Shown one piece after another: positions 49,288 to 62,529 of a stretch of DNA of 64,000 nucleotides (position 1 is the stretch's first letter; each line of letters starts with the position of its first letter). The stretch comes from Eutreptiella sp. 'Long Island Sound 2002' (lineage: Eukaryota; Protista; Euglenida): NCBI GenBank assembly GCA_964036045.1, contig OZ038378.1, forward strand, positions 6,572,001-6,636,000, in the 5' to 3' direction. A program made the translations under genes and the position numbers. A model generated the notes under the pieces. It was not told the DNA's origin. It saw only the letters and a list, made by a program, of their open reading frames with translations, and ran no database searches.

Positions 49288-51662
49288 GTATGTTGTGTGG
49301 GGTAACACCGATGCATGGGAATCCCAGCCCCCACAGTCTAACATGATCCTTCTCCCTGTAACCCCCCCCCAAAAGCCCTGAAAATGCAGCACACTACTGA
49401 CTTTAACACCTGGCGTTCCCCTGCTGTGTGTTACACAACCCACGGCGGTGGTGGCCAGCACCCTTCAAACTCACACCTCATGGCTCTCGAGCCTCCTGCT
49501 CCCGGCAACAGGAGAACGCCGTGGCCCAAGCTCCAGGTGTGAGTGCTAGTACTGCCGTCCCCCCCCCCTCGCTCACACAACATCTCCTTCTACACACCAC
49601 GCCCCGAGACCGCGGCGCATGCCTGCACAACAAGCACCATGCGTCCCATTTACATTGTACACCGCAGGAATTCCTTGACAAAAAAGGTTCGACAAAGCAA
49701 CTCGGAGGCCTGCGCTTGCGATTTTTTCATTTTACGTCCCCCACCTCAAGCTGTTGTTTTGTCAATTACACCGCATCTGGAGGTGCTAGAAAGTGATGGG
49801 CTGCTGACAAAGCTGGCCCTGCCTCAATGTCTCCTGACTGCTGTTGCCCTCCTACTGACCAATCCCCCCTGACCTCCGTTGGGCCGGCCACACCCACACC
49901 CACGCCAACACATGCACGCACGCCTGCACGCACACCACCGCCACCCACCCACCCACAAACACGCATGCACGCACAGACACGCCCACTCATTCACAGCGCC
50001 CCACACCTGTTGCACAGTTCAGGAAGTATTGAGTGTGTTACATGTGGGAAATGATAAAGCCCGGTGTTGAGGCAAGCCTCTGTGTGGACAGTGGTACAGT
50101 TTTGAGCTCTGTCGCTTTCATTCCATTAATTTTCTATGGGGCATTGCTGTTTCTAGCACATCTGCTAGCCTTGCTCTGAGTATAAATAGCAAACATGCAA
50201 CAAACATGCAAACAACAAAGCCTCGGTGCTACATTCATGTTCCTTGCCACAGTGCACCCATTTGCTGATGCCACCGCCACATGTACAAACTATCCAATAC
50301 TTCGAACACCAGACATACATGGCCGCTCTGTCGCTCCCCGCACAAAACGAGTCGCGCAAGAGGGCAGTATGGGTCTGAATGGAGCAGGCTGTGAAGGAGG
50401 ACCAAGCTGGTCTGTGACACGGTGGTCTAGCACAAGCCGGCGGCAGCCCAGCCTTACCTAGCCTGCATGCCTGTGTTTGTGTGTGTGTGTGTGTACCTAA
50501 CACAGGTTGATATTTTGGGCTGTCATTAACATGAACTCCTCCAAGGGGTATTTCCTGGTCTGTTGCGCGGTGCAGAACTGAATAAGGGATTAGGTGAGGG
50601 CTCAAGCACATGCTGCGTCGCACTGAACCCACTGTCCAGAACTGCATTTGCTATTTCTCTACCAACAGACCGAAAGACGTTTAGGACAGCTCTGCTGTTC
50701 CTGAGGAGTTTTCTTTCACCGCTTTTCTTGCTCTGTTCTTGTTTGCGGTTCTCGTCGTGTGTGTGTGTGATGTGTGTGTGGGTGGGTGGGTGTCCGTGCG
50801 TGCGTGTGTGTGTGTGTCTCTAAAGAAAGGTGCCTCGCCTCCATGACTTTACTCTAATGTTGGCCTGACGAGTTGCTTTGAAGATCAGTGCTCTGCTCTC
50901 ACTGTGCGCTGGATCTCCTCACGCCGTGTCTGTGTGTGTGTGTGTTTGTGTGTTTGTGTGTTTGTGTGTTTGTGTGTTAACTCCTTCTACTGATCTATTC
51001 GGCCTGACGAGACTCGTTAGCGACCAGTGCTATGCTCTGTTTGTCACGCCTGTTCGTCTCGCTTCAACCGTGTGGGTGTGTGGGTGTGTGTGGGTGGGTG
51101 TGTTTTGCACGCGCATTTTTGGAGGCGGGGGTTGAGTTGTGGCAACGACTGGTACTGGTAGTATTCCCATGGGTGGCCCTTTCTCCACCCAAAGCGCTGA
51201 CCTTCACACTGTGTGGCGCGTTAAGCTTAGTGGCAGAAGGAATCTGAGATTCGGGCGCTCCGTCAGTCTCCGACGAGGGGTTCCCAGTTTGGACACTCCT
51301 TATCGCAGCAAACACACCGCCGGGTACAGACGCGCCCCTTGTTCAGGAAACCAGCGTGTTGCTGTCATCAATATTGGAGCTGGAGGTGTTGTGTCATTGC
51401 ATAATGCTGCATAACACTGTATGTCAAGAGGCCTGCCTCAATACATTGGTTCGTGTATTTGGCTTGTCACTTCACGTGGGGCACAACACTGCCTTCAGCC
51501 TCACACACACAGTTCTTCCATGTGTTTTTTCTAGCTCCGTAACTGCTGGGTTACCATGGTTCACCTACGGGGGGTGGGGCAGATCATGAGTGCACTGGCG
51601 TGCACTATAGATCGGCTGCATTGAAGTGTTGAGACTAGCCCTGGGCGTTGTTCTGTGTTCAG

Positions 51663-51812
51663 ATGAGGAGTTCCGATCGATGCTGAAGGAGATGATTGCA
51701 TTGGCCAGTGCAATGTGTGATAAAAACGCTGCTGCTGTATCTGCAAACCCACCAGCGCCTGCTGCATCTGTTACCCCAACACTAACGCCCGCTGCTGCAA
51801 CTGCACCTGCAA
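51663..51812 (+). CDS. Candidate exon, start of an Ala/Pro-rich region
   Basis: ttcag acceptor and gtgtgt donor; DEEFRSMLKEMIALASAMCDKNAAAVSANPPAPAASVTPTLTPAAATAPA. Phase 1/1, compatible with 53216. Confidence 0.55.
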
Positions 51813-52491
51813 GTGTGTGCCACGTTGCGGATTCCAGTGAAGAGCGCAGGGCATGTGCTGTGGGTCATTGTGCTCTCCTCCCCTGGACATCCTGAACATG
51901 GGGATGGAGAGAGGAAGGCATGGAACAAATGGGAAGGCTGGGAGGGTGGCGAAGAGAAGCAAGCATGGGGCGAAGGATAGAGGCAGGGGGTGCATGAGTA
52001 AGAGCGGAGACTCTGGCCATCTTTTGTATGGACGTTGTCCTTCCCAAAGCTTAGGGTGCAAACTCAATGATGGCGATCGAGGGAGTTGGCGCCAAGTTGG
52101 AAGTGCCCTCCCAAATCTGTGCTGCTTTGGGCCCAAAACAGTGTTTTTTGGCACAAATGGCCCTTACATCCTTGACACTGCAAAATGGTTGCTTTGTTGG
52201 TGTTAAAGAAGCCTTTTCTGTTGCTAACCACAACTACATGTTGTGCCGGAGCACCACCCTAAAGGTCGCGAAGTAGTCAGGAATCAGCACATTCTGGTTG
52301 GAAATATCCCCAAACCAAGACCTTGCTATATCTTGGGCTGTGTGGTTCATCCAATATGCCTCTTGAGCCAGCCTTCTGTATCCAGAGAAACTGCTGAAAC
52401 AGAAAAAGAGGCAAGCAGAGCACAACCGATTCTGCGAGCCCGTGGACGCTTTTCATGTAGAGCCTTTTTCTATTGCGGCGGCGCGTCGTGA

Positions 52492-52925
52492 GGTTTTCGA
52501 AACATATCTATTTTCGCAAGATGACATTGGAGGCTACGCACAGTGCACGTTCTACCAAGCGCCCCCCCCCCCCACGAGGGGAAAAAATCTACGGTGTGCG
52601 TCCTTACCTGATGAAGAGGCCACCTTGGTGCAACCAGTTCTTGAAGCCTGTGGGAACTTTTCATGCGGAACCTTTTCCTACTGCGGCGCCTCCTGAGAAA
52701 CGGCGCTTCAAAAGTGCAGACTGCTCATCATTCGTTGGCAATCTGCCAACACGGCTGCAGCCTGGGATGCCTAGCTCAGTAGGTCTAGACCCGGTTGGTC
52801 CACGCCATCTTGGGGCCTGGAGGGCCTTCCGGGGGGGGCATCACGGCTGAGAGGGGCTCGGTAGAACGTGCACTGTGTACAGCCTCGGAGGTCATTTTGC
52901 GAAAGCAGACATGTTTCGAAAAACC
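52492..52925. repeat. About 73 bp imperfect inverted repeat pair (52492-52565 and 52853-52925)
   Basis: ggttttcgaaacatatctattttcgcaagatgacattggaggctacgcacagtgcacgttctacc versus ggtagaacgtgcactgtgtacagcctcggaggtcattttgcgaaagcagacatgtttcgaaaaacc. Confidence 0.8.
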
Positions 52926-53215
52926 TTTGTTGTGCATTTGAATGGGCTGGGTATCTTGTGCCTAGGGACGTGTTACCGCCGTTTCATAACACTGTCGCGC
53001 GCACCGAACTGCGTGTCCTACGGGCCAGGGGACTGGGTCCATGTACTCGCAGGAATGTCTGTGCTGTCGGTGAGTTGTATCAATTTGGCCCACTTTAGTT
53101 AAGGGGTGGGGGGGAGGGGGCGCCTTTTCTGGTCAATTACAGTGGATTGGACTTTTGAGGTCGGACCCTTTCCTGCACTTTGCTGCTGCCCTCTCTTATG
53201 TCTTTTGTTGTGCAG

Positions 53216-53370
53216 ATCCACCCGCCGACGCCACCAGTGCAGCGTGGAGTTTGCAACCAGCGCCAGCAGTAATCCCAGCGCCTGCAGCGGCTCCAATTCC
53301 CCCGGTCACGGCCCAAAATAATGCGGCCATGCCCTCACCCTCGCTTGCAGCCGCTGCACCTGCTCCCAAG
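53216..53370 (+). CDS. Candidate Ala/Pro-rich exon
   Basis: gtgcag acceptor and gtcagt donor; PPADATSAAWSLQPAPAVIPAPAAAPIPPVTAQNNAAMPSPSLAAAAPAPK. Confidence 0.6.
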
Positions 53371-54340
53371 GTCAGTTCTTCCCTCTTTCCGCTCATTCTG
53401 TCGGTTGGGCTCATTGTTGAAGCCCCTTGCCCTTGAGCACTCTTCTGCAAAGCCATGCCGTTCGCACATTTGGCACCGTCAGCGCTCTCGCCCACCCGAC
53501 CTCTCAACCTGCCAACCGTGTCGTCCGCAGCAAGGACACCACCCCATCCAGTCGGGAATAAAGCATACTTGTTTCAGAGGTTTTGTGACAATGGAGACAG
53601 GGTTTGCACCAAATTGCAAGGGCAGTGGCAGCAGCGATGCCATGGCAGTAGCAGTGGCAGAACGGTTGCAGTGGTGGTCACAAGTGGCACGTCAGTGGCA
53701 GTGGCAGTGGCAATCACAGGCGGTAGCCTCAGTACAACGCCAGTGGTAGTGGCAGTGTACAGTGCAATTGGCAACGAGTGGGTGACCGTTCTCTGTGTAA
53801 CAGTCAGGCGTGCGACGAAAGCCACGCCCAAAGAGGCCAATGGCAGGGGGAAAGCTGCAAATTTGTTCGGTCAATAGTGTAAGATGACATGGTTGTGGGA
53901 CGGTTGTAGTGGGAAACAGGGGGTGGGTCATTGCTGTGGAGACATTTCTGCTCATCGTGCCTGGTACTGCTGCAACCCATTTCTAGTTGTTTAAATGTGA
54001 TTTTCAGCGATGGCGCCGTAACGGGGCCCCTACGAACCGCCTGCCTATGGGTTTCAAGTGAGCAGCTTCATCTAAGCATGGGGTACCCATCGAGTTGTCG
54101 CTCTTCCTTCCTTCGGCCGATTGCGAAAGGGGGACGAGGGAGAAGGAGAGGACCAGTGACTCAGCTCAGTGCTGTTCACTTCGTGAGGGTCGGGCGTGCC
54201 AGGCGTGGGATGGTGCCTGACGGGCCATTGATCTTCGACGCGCTTTCGGCTCAAATCAGAGAATGGGGGGTTAGCGATTTCCCCCCTCCCATCGAGGCCT
54301 CTCTCTTGTACTGTTTTTGTTCACACACGCTTCTCTTTAG

Positions 54341-54442
54341 GCCAAACCGGCTGCGTCGTCCCTTGCACCTGCGCCATCCCCCTCACCACAACCGGCAAAG
54401 CCAAACACGCAACGCAGCACCTCTGTATCTTTGGGCATGAAG
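54341..54442 (+). CDS. Candidate Ala/Pro-rich exon (34 codons, phase 0/0)
   Basis: ttctctttag acceptor and gtgcac donor; AKPAASSLAPAPSPSPQPAKPNTQRSTSVSLGMK. Confidence 0.55.
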
Positions 54443-56199
54443 GTGCACATGCGACGTTTGCCCCTGACCTGCGTGGGTGGGCACGGGGGTGGTGAGCTCG
54501 TTCATGTGTGTTTCTCGGTGGTTTGATTTCTGTTTCTTTGTGTGTGCATTGAAGATGTATCTTGGGCTCTATGCGCGCGCGCTTGTGTCGTGAGGGGCAG
54601 AAAAGCATGTCTGTGTGTCGTCGCTGAAGTGCCTCCGAGTGAGTCGATGCCAGTCAGCACCTGATGGATACCACCCTCGCCCCCAATTGAGACCGTGTCT
54701 CTCTCACTCAAGCCGCTGTACGTGTCAATTTCGGTTGCAATGCCGAATGAGTGACACACTCTGCCACCACCAAGTACGCATGCTGGCAGACGTATGCCTT
54801 TCTCTGCAGTGACTGCCGCCAGATATGGTAAGCAGCGCAGACCAGCATCCCGGTCAATGCACAGAATCGCACCTGCTTACCCTGTGGCTCAAGTAGTCTG
54901 TACATTGGTCTAGTGATCGCACTGTACATTCCCTGAGGTTACGGCCCAGACCCTGGTCCCTCCAACAGGATCCTGGCCCAACTAGATCACACACCGGTGT
55001 GCCTGACTCCTGCCCAACCCACATCAAGCCCGTGACCAACGAGACAACCCGATCCAGAAGGGGGCACTTACGATGCGGTTCCATTGCGCACTGACGGAGT
55101 CATGGCGGGAGGTGGCATCCAGTCGATCTGCACGGACCATTGAGCCCTGCAAAAGACCTCGACCCACAAGCAGTGCACACACAAGATGTGTGACCTGACA
55201 CTGTTGCGCTACACGGCACTCAACCAGCCCTCATGGACCACCCCCCAGGCTCAAACCTGTGCCTCAACCTGCCGCGGAACCTGCTCCAAAGCCAGCTCCG
55301 AAGGGCAAGCGTGTCCAATGGTTCAAGATGAGGTGTAAGTTCGGAAAGGGCTTCTATTCCACAGCACCTGATGACCCCCACAGCAAACAAGGACAAGCGG
55401 AATATTTGGAACGTTCTTTGGAAAGTTGCTTGTGCATTGTGCCATGCTTTGTGTAAGGTCTGAGGCTCTGCTACTCTTGGGTCCCCTTGATACCCTTGGG
55501 ACCCCCGCCACGGACCTAACATCCCCCCCACACGCGCACCGGTTGGTCGGGTCGGGCCAGGCCTGCAGGGGCCATATGGCGTTCCAGTGCCCCGTTCCGC
55601 GTCTCATTTCCCCGCCCCATGTGCGTTTTGTGTAGGGGCTGCCTGAGGGCATGTCAGCAGCGCCCTCGTCTCCAAAACCCACGCCAGCGCAGGGACAAGT
55701 CCAGGCAGATGGCACGGTATGCGTGCCTTTGTGCCGGTGTGAGACCTCTGTTGGCCCTCAGATGTGGGCCACAAGACGTCGATGGGGCCCCTTGTGAGTG
55801 GATGGAAACGCCTTCCCTTGTCCGCAAGTCGAACTTTACTTCAAACGTGCGGTGCTTTGGAGGCAAGACCACGAAAACGGATGACTCAAGAGGACTCAAT
55901 CTCAGACTGCGGTGGGTCCGAAAGGCAAATCCGGTGCACACTGGTACACACCCCATACGAACGCCTGGCGCAGACCCGCAAGCCCTACACAATGTAAATG
56001 CCCGAGACAAATGGCACATGAACTCGATGCAAGCCCCAAACATTCCGTGCACCAAACCATGCCCAAGTCCCCCACCAACCCACTATTTGTTGCCACCGTG
56101 GTGTGTTGGGGGCTTTGACGCTGTTGTGAATAGGCCCGATTGCCAAGTTCCTCTGCGAAGGCATTCGCACATCATTACTCAAGCGGGGATGCCCTTGCC

Positions 56200-57050
56200 T
56201 CATAGTTGCACCGCAACGGGTGCTTCCTCCTCCTGTGGGATGTCAAGCGACTCGCCCAAAACCGTACCCAAGGCATGGCCTTTGCATGTTGGGTAGTTTT
56301 TCTGCAGTCGTTCTTTCTGGGTCAGCCCATCTCCACACACTTGCTCCTGCCACCACCCACCTTCTATGGCCTGATTTTGTGGCTTCTGGCACCCTGCGTT
56401 TTGGTGACGCACCAACAAATCAAGGAAGGCTGCCATGGCGCATTTGATTCAAGGTGCGCAACACATCCCCCGTTCCTCTCAACCGTCGACTGTAAGACCC
56501 ATCCCCAGAAAGCAACCAAAGAAGTATGAAGCAGCCCCTGCCCATAGAATGCGAGCACTATCGCAATAGCAGACCATTCCCGTCTACCGTGGCTTCCCTG
56601 CCCTGGCTCAGCCCTGCGTGGACTTTTTGATAATTGTGCGATGCTTCATGCAGTGCACAAATTTGCTGCGTTGCTCTGGGTCCTGATAATTCGTGGTTGT
56701 GCAGCCTCCATCTGTCCCATGTTGTTTGCAGGTGGTGCTTTACGAGAATCAGAATACCAATCCGGCCCCTGATTACTACACTCAGCAATACCACCGATAC
56801 TTAGAACATGTATGCTGCTTGCTTACTGTCAGCAATTAGTTGTCAAATGTGTGCATGTGAGCAACACATCTGGGTGTCGAAGCAATGATAAACTGTACCG
56901 GATTGTCTGACCACTTCATGCTTCACCCACTGCCCCGCTGTCACAATATGCACCAAAAACTGCCTATCGGATGGGAATATTCAGCTCTGAGTAAGAATCG
57001 CCGGCTTTCACATTCATCAAAGTGGAATCGGCATGCAGCGAGAAGACACG
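56200..57050 (+). mobile_element. Possible KDZ (Kyakuja-Dileera-Zisupton)-like transposase relic
   Basis: GAFDSRCATHPPFLSTVDC and PLHASPTAPLSQYAPKTAYRMGIFSSE loosely resemble KDZ core motifs (G.F...C.RH..L...D; FH..H..C...Y.P...N.E). Heavily degraded. Confidence 0.2.
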
Positions 57051-57277
57051 CTCGTGGCATGCAGTACCGTCTGTGATCGTTGACAAGTGGTTTGCCCGTG
57101 GGTGAAAGACTGCTTGTCCTCACTGGGGCGAGAGCATGCAGTGAAACATGTGCAGCCATCTGTAGCCCGGAAGAGGGCACGCTCTGGCACGCATGCCAAG
57201 AGCCATCCCTGATGCAACATCATCAAGTAAGTGCCTTCTGCCCATTGTTCCTCTCTTCATCATACGCCTGTGCACAG

Positions 57278-57553
57278 GTGAAGAGTGGAACGCGGAACAC
57301 TGCGGTGTTCGCGGGAGATTATTACAATTCAGGGGCTCAGTCTGCTCGGAGCATTTATTCTGGGCAAGGGCAAACCTCGTATACACCTTATTCTGCTGCC
57401 GCCCCTGCACGGGCGCCACAGCCTGCCTGGTCAGCATTTGGGGCATCCTATCAGCCTCCGCAGCACCCGGCCTATGGGTTTGGGTATACCGCACCAACTT
57501 TCAGCTACAACCCTTTTGGAAGCACCTCCATGCCGTCAACAATGCGGTGGTAA
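57278..57553 (+). CDS. Terminal exon with a Tyr/Pro/Ser/Gly-rich tail, probably the end of the ankyrin gene
   Basis: gcacag acceptor; VKSGTRNTAVFAGDYYNSG...AYGFGYTAPTFSYNPFGSTSMPSTMRW*, ending at TAA. Confidence 0.6.
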   Translation: MKSGTRNTAVFAGDYYNSGAQSARSIYSGQGQTSYTPYSAAAPARAPQPAWSAFGASYQPPQHPAYGFGYTAPTFSYNPFGSTSMPSTMRW

Positions 57554-58235
57554 TCAGGTCCTGTGTCATCGTGCTGCTGCTGCTGCGGTGGCAAGATGCT
57601 ATTGTGGGACGGAAGGACAGGGTGCTGCACGTGGTTCCATGACGACGATCCTGTGAAAGGTCAGAATTGCTGCGAATGACATGGCTGTTTCGGATGTGTC
57701 ATTTGTCGTTGTTCTGATCCTGGAGATTGCAGCGCATGTTTCTGTTGTTCCCCCAAACTGACTGCACGGCCTGAACACACTTGCACGTCACATTTTATGC
57801 ACATTTACACTGCTGCTCATGCTGTGCAACAAGGCACGGTGCCTGTCACAGCTCGTGGGTCACCAACAACGAGTAGGCCAAACATCCAGGGATGCTGCTC
57901 GTTCTCGGGATCCGGTTGGATCCTGTCTGATTGACACAATCAAATGACCACATTTTGAGGATGTTGGGGCACATGATTGACCCGCTCCGGGTATGGAGCC
58001 CCAGTTTCGGTGCCATGTGGGACAGCCCCCATTCCACTCTCGCATTGTCCAAGTTTGTCGTTCTTGCATTTTTTATCCCATGCATGCACTTGTGATCCAA
58101 CCAATGGGATTCCGGATTTGTCGGTCATTGCATCCGTTTGCATATGTGCTATGACGACTCCAATCTTTGGGAGTCCAGTGGGCAGCATAAACATTATAAG
58201 CATTTCCCAAGACCAACAAGCAACGCAACTGCCGA

Positions 58236-58237
<2 letters not shown>

Positions 58238-58304
<67 letters not shown>
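58238..58304. repeat. (GT)n microsatellite, about 33 units
   Basis: Direct reading; other GT/CA tracts at about 11105-11130, 47845-47885 and 50930-50978. Confidence 0.95.
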
Positions 58305-58309
<5 letters not shown>

Positions 58310-59559
58310 CGTGCGTGCTGTGCGTATTTGTGTGTACACGCTCAGGGCGCACGTCAGCACCCTGAGGTCATGTGTTACTTGCAGCAACATCACATTGCTG
58401 GTTTTGTCGAACGGTTGATATTTTTTTGAGCTCTAGGCATTTATATCAGCCATGGGGTGTGCAGGGCGGCTGAGGAATGGCGAAGCCATCTCTGGGTCAA
58501 GCAGCATTGTCTGCATCAAGTAAGGGGCACGTTTTGGGTCACGCTGCTCTGCACACACCTGTGGCGTGCTGGTCTCTACACGCACAGTTCATTCCGCAAG
58601 TCGGTAAAATGCAAGAGCAAACTCTCGCTCCCCCTCCCCGTCCTGCTCTAATCCGGATGTCGGGGATATAGAGCCTTGTAGACCACCCCCTTTGACAGTC
58701 CTTTGTGGGGGGCATTACACTGTGCACAGAAGTTTGCGGTCCCATTTGGGCCGATTTTTGCCCCTAAATTCTTGGCGCTTTCTCTTCCGCTGTGGCCAAA
58801 TCCGTGGGAGGCCGAAACGGACTGGGCAGCTCTGCTGTTTTTGTGGTGGTTGGGTTGCCTTTTGATGCTTTGTGTTTCTCTTCCTCCTTCGTCACCCATC
58901 GTTGTCCTGCCTGAGTCCATGCCAGGGGGATGAAATACGGTACGGCCCATGTCTTTCACATCCCATGCTCTGCTTTTTCTTACCCAACAGCATCAGAGCA
59001 ATACCAACACCCACCGTTGCGCTCCAAAGGTTCCTCCACCTGGGCACGTGCTCAAGTAGTGCCTCACGCACACGCAAACACACAGCACCACACCAACAAC
59101 AACGCCATCTTTCATATGATGCGACTCACATGAACGCATGTTATGTGTGAGTCGTGTGCGATCCGATTCACAAATTTGGGGGACGTCACGGCTGCAGTCT
59201 GGACAGTATGGGAGGGCCCGACACAACAATGACCTAACCAAGAACCACCAAGGTTCCTGCCATGTTTCACAGCATTGGACAGACTGCATAAACAGATTAT
59301 TCACGCTTCACACTGGTGAGTGTCAACGTTATTTAGTGCATTTTTTTTCGCTCGCATGTACACATGCGGAAATGGACCATCAATGTACTTTCCTGGCCTG
59401 GATAGAGGCATGTATGAATGTATGAATGTAGGACTCCATGCTGTGAAACAATCTGGCTCGTGATGCACTTGTTGTTGTCATCAACCCAAAGATTTGCCAT
59501 TTAATTTGGTCAGTTCAGTTCAACAAATGGGTTCTCTGTAGATCACTGCATTGTTGAAT

Positions 59560-61830
59560 TGTTGCTTTGTCTGCTGCTGCACATTGCTTGTTTCTGCATT
59601 GTGAAAATGGTTGAGTACAATGGAATGCTGAAACAATGGATGACTGATAACTGGTATGAGTGCCAATTTGCAAGGGCTTGGCGTTTTCTTTTGGTGCTGT
59701 GGATCAATTGAGTATTCAGGGTGGATGTGCTGTAGGCCTGCATTTGTTGTACTCAGAACTGGTGGTTGCGAGGGTTATACCTAACTCCATGGCGCTTGGT
59801 GAGGCGGAGTGAGAGGAATGCACCATCAAGTGTTTTGCCAACATCCATACAAATCGGGTTCGTATAGAAGAGAAAAGGGGAATGATGGACGCATGGTGGC
59901 CACAAACGATTTTTTGCTAGCCACAGTGCCAAATAGCCCAAAATGGCCCTTTTGGGAGCAGGCATCACCAGGGTGGCCTCATTGGTGCAGCATGGCTCCC
60001 CATGAAGTCATATATGTAGTCTTATTGTCCAACGGCATGACCCGGGCTTGGCCCAAATGCCCAGGGGTCATCACAGGTCACGGGTAAATGCGATTTTTCA
60101 GCCAACCCATGCCAGCCATGCCCAGTGGAAACAACTAATGGGTGCCCATCCTTGAAAAGGTGGTTTTCAATGTTCTTCTTGGCAATGTGTATAAATGTTG
60201 GCAAACACTAGGGTCACCTGGTGGTGCGTTGTTAGGAGCAATTCTTTGCGTGGTGGATTTGCTGAATGCAATGGAATTTCACTCAACGACCTTGATGACT
60301 ACTGCACCTTTGCTCAGCAAACGCAGCAGGTCTCCTGACAAACCAATCACCTGGATCCACTCGGCACATGGTGCCGCAGGCATTGTTTCACAATACAATG
60401 CTTCGTCAAAACAGCGGAAGAAGGGAGTGTATCCTTGGCTCTTCAAGCGTTGGAGCTCCCAAGTATCAGGCAAAAAGTGGGGCAGTAGGTTGGCAAAAAA
60501 AGTCACATGGTTGGTGGCAGGCAGCGGTAGCAGGCAGTGGTTTGGTTAGTTGGGGAAAACCAGATGCCACCAACCATTGGGCAGCAGTCCCAGTCTTGGA
60601 GCAGGTCAGTTTGGGTGAATTGCCCATAGTTTTGTATGCACTACTATATTGACACCATGGGGAGTGATTGGCAGTTGCTGGATGTATGGAGTGGTGTCCA
60701 ATAAGAAATAAAGAATGGGATAACTGGAGGACCTCGTCGGAGATGGACGTCTGGACCAGCAGCAGAGGACAGAGGAACAGGGCATGTGCTCTCAAGGAGA
60801 CTCCCCACCCCCGAAACACTTTGTGGACCACTCAAATGCCTTCCTCGCAGTATCACAAACAAAAACCTCACCAACAAGATTGCCCCATACAATGCTCGTG
60901 ATCCTCTACCCTCCCGTCTAGAAGGCAGAACTCCTTCGGGAGCCATGAGGCGGTCTCTGATCAGCAGACGAAAACTCTTTGTGTCAGTCGTTGATGACCC
61001 AAGTGTTTTCTGGGTTAGTCTCGGGGCAAGGGCACAGGGCACACTGGTCCCACACTCCACAGCTGAACCCCAGTGCTGAGGCGATTTAACGCCTTCATGT
61101 TGCCTTTGATTTCCCCCCCGGTGTCTTTTTTTGTCATTTGAAAGTCCCAATGGAACTTCTGGTGAAGACGCAGATTGGGCACAATGGACAAGTGCATTGT
61201 GGGCTGCAAGCTGGCCTCAACAACCAGCTGAGTGCCCACATGCACGCTCTTGCTGGGCCCTACTCTGTTCCAATAATAGAGCTTGAATTATAATTCGCTA
61301 TGTCTCATCGGCTGTATCCTGAAAGCTGGGATGCAAACAATGACCCCACCCTGGGCACGCTTCGTTTGATAGATACTGGCGGAGACCACGCCACACCACA
61401 CTTGGGACATCTGAGGGCTAAGTGTCTGATTTTTAGAATTTGGGACCACATTTGACGACATGGTGACAGGGAAGTGCTGAGGGCACCGCTCCCCCAGTGG
61501 GCCCAAACGTTCCGCACTGCAGGACTTCTCGGCTGCTGCATACATGACAGGGGGAGCGTCCTGCAAATTGAGAAACCTGGTGGAACATGCACGTTTTCCC
61601 AATGCAAACATTCCCTCATACAAGTGCGTTGCCATCGACTGTTTACCATACCTACACCATGTAAGCGATCCTCATGGTTTTGCATACTTTTGTTATGGCA
61701 GTAGCATCTACCAATATCCATGCCAGGATAACTACAAAGCCGGGCATTTGCTTTCATCCGTGTCAGCCCTACTGCAATCTCGAAAATTCTTTTTCGCCTC
61801 AACATTGAAAAAACCAATAGATTTGAATGA
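59560..61830 (-). mobile_element. Degenerate coding relic, possibly a KDZ/CxC-type transposase
   Basis: Fragmented frames include LRCPKCG, FLFYTNPICMDVG and GVRYNPRNHQF. Family is tentative. Confidence 0.15.
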
Positions 61831-61929
61831 TTCATTGCTCCAAAGTTAAGTTGGATCCATCCCCGGAATCACTGCTGCAAAGCCCCGTGCCTCACCAGGA
61901 CCTTGACCCCGCTTTGGATTGTTCCGCCT

Positions 61930-61946
61930 GGTGGCTTTTATTTCAG
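61930..61946 (+). promoter_or_regulatory. Putative spliced-leader trans-splice acceptor
   Basis: ggcttttatttcag, 16 nt before the ATG at 61963. Confidence 0.45.
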
Positions 61947-61962
61947 TGTGTCTGCATTCCCG

Positions 61963-62529
61963 ATGTCCGGTGTCTCTGCATCCCACAACGACGCTGTGCA
62001 CCTTCTGCGTGTTCAATCGCCGAGCTTGTACAGCACTGCCAACCACCAGAATGGCACGCCCTCCTCCAACAAGCTTCAGTCTGCCACGCAATGGTTCCTG
62101 GGGGCGGGTGCCCTGTGCGCTTGTGCCGCAACGTTGGTTCTGTTGGCCAGCGCCTCTGAAGCACAGGTCTTGGCGATTGAACCTTTGACCGGAAGGCAGA
62201 AGGACCCCATGATGAGCCTGATGACTCGCAGGACAGCATCTCTTGAGGCGGAAGGCACTGCACCTCCCATGCATCCAGCGGTCCCACTCAGGCCTGTGGT
62301 CTCCAACGGCCCTGTCCACATGCGTCCTGCGATGGCAGTAGAGCCGCAGATGGGCGTGCCAAGCGGTGAGCACTCAACTTGGACTTTTCTGACTATCTCC
62401 GTGGCTTTCTTTGCTATTCCTGTGGCTGTGGTGTACCACGGCCGCAGAATCTTCAAGTCAAAGAACGTCCCTGGGGCTGTGGATCTGTTCTGCACGAAGC
62501 CTGCGACCAACTTTTCTCTGAAGTTGGAG
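61963..62529 (+). CDS. First exon of a nucleus-encoded plastid-targeted protein (euglenid class I presequence); mature product unknown
   Basis: Hydrophobic segment WFLGAGALCACAATLVLLASA, then a Ser/Thr/Pro/Arg/Met-rich spacer, then a second hydrophobic segment WTFLTISVAFFAIPVAVVY followed by basic HGRRIFKSK. The 3' boundary is uncertain. Confidence 0.65.
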
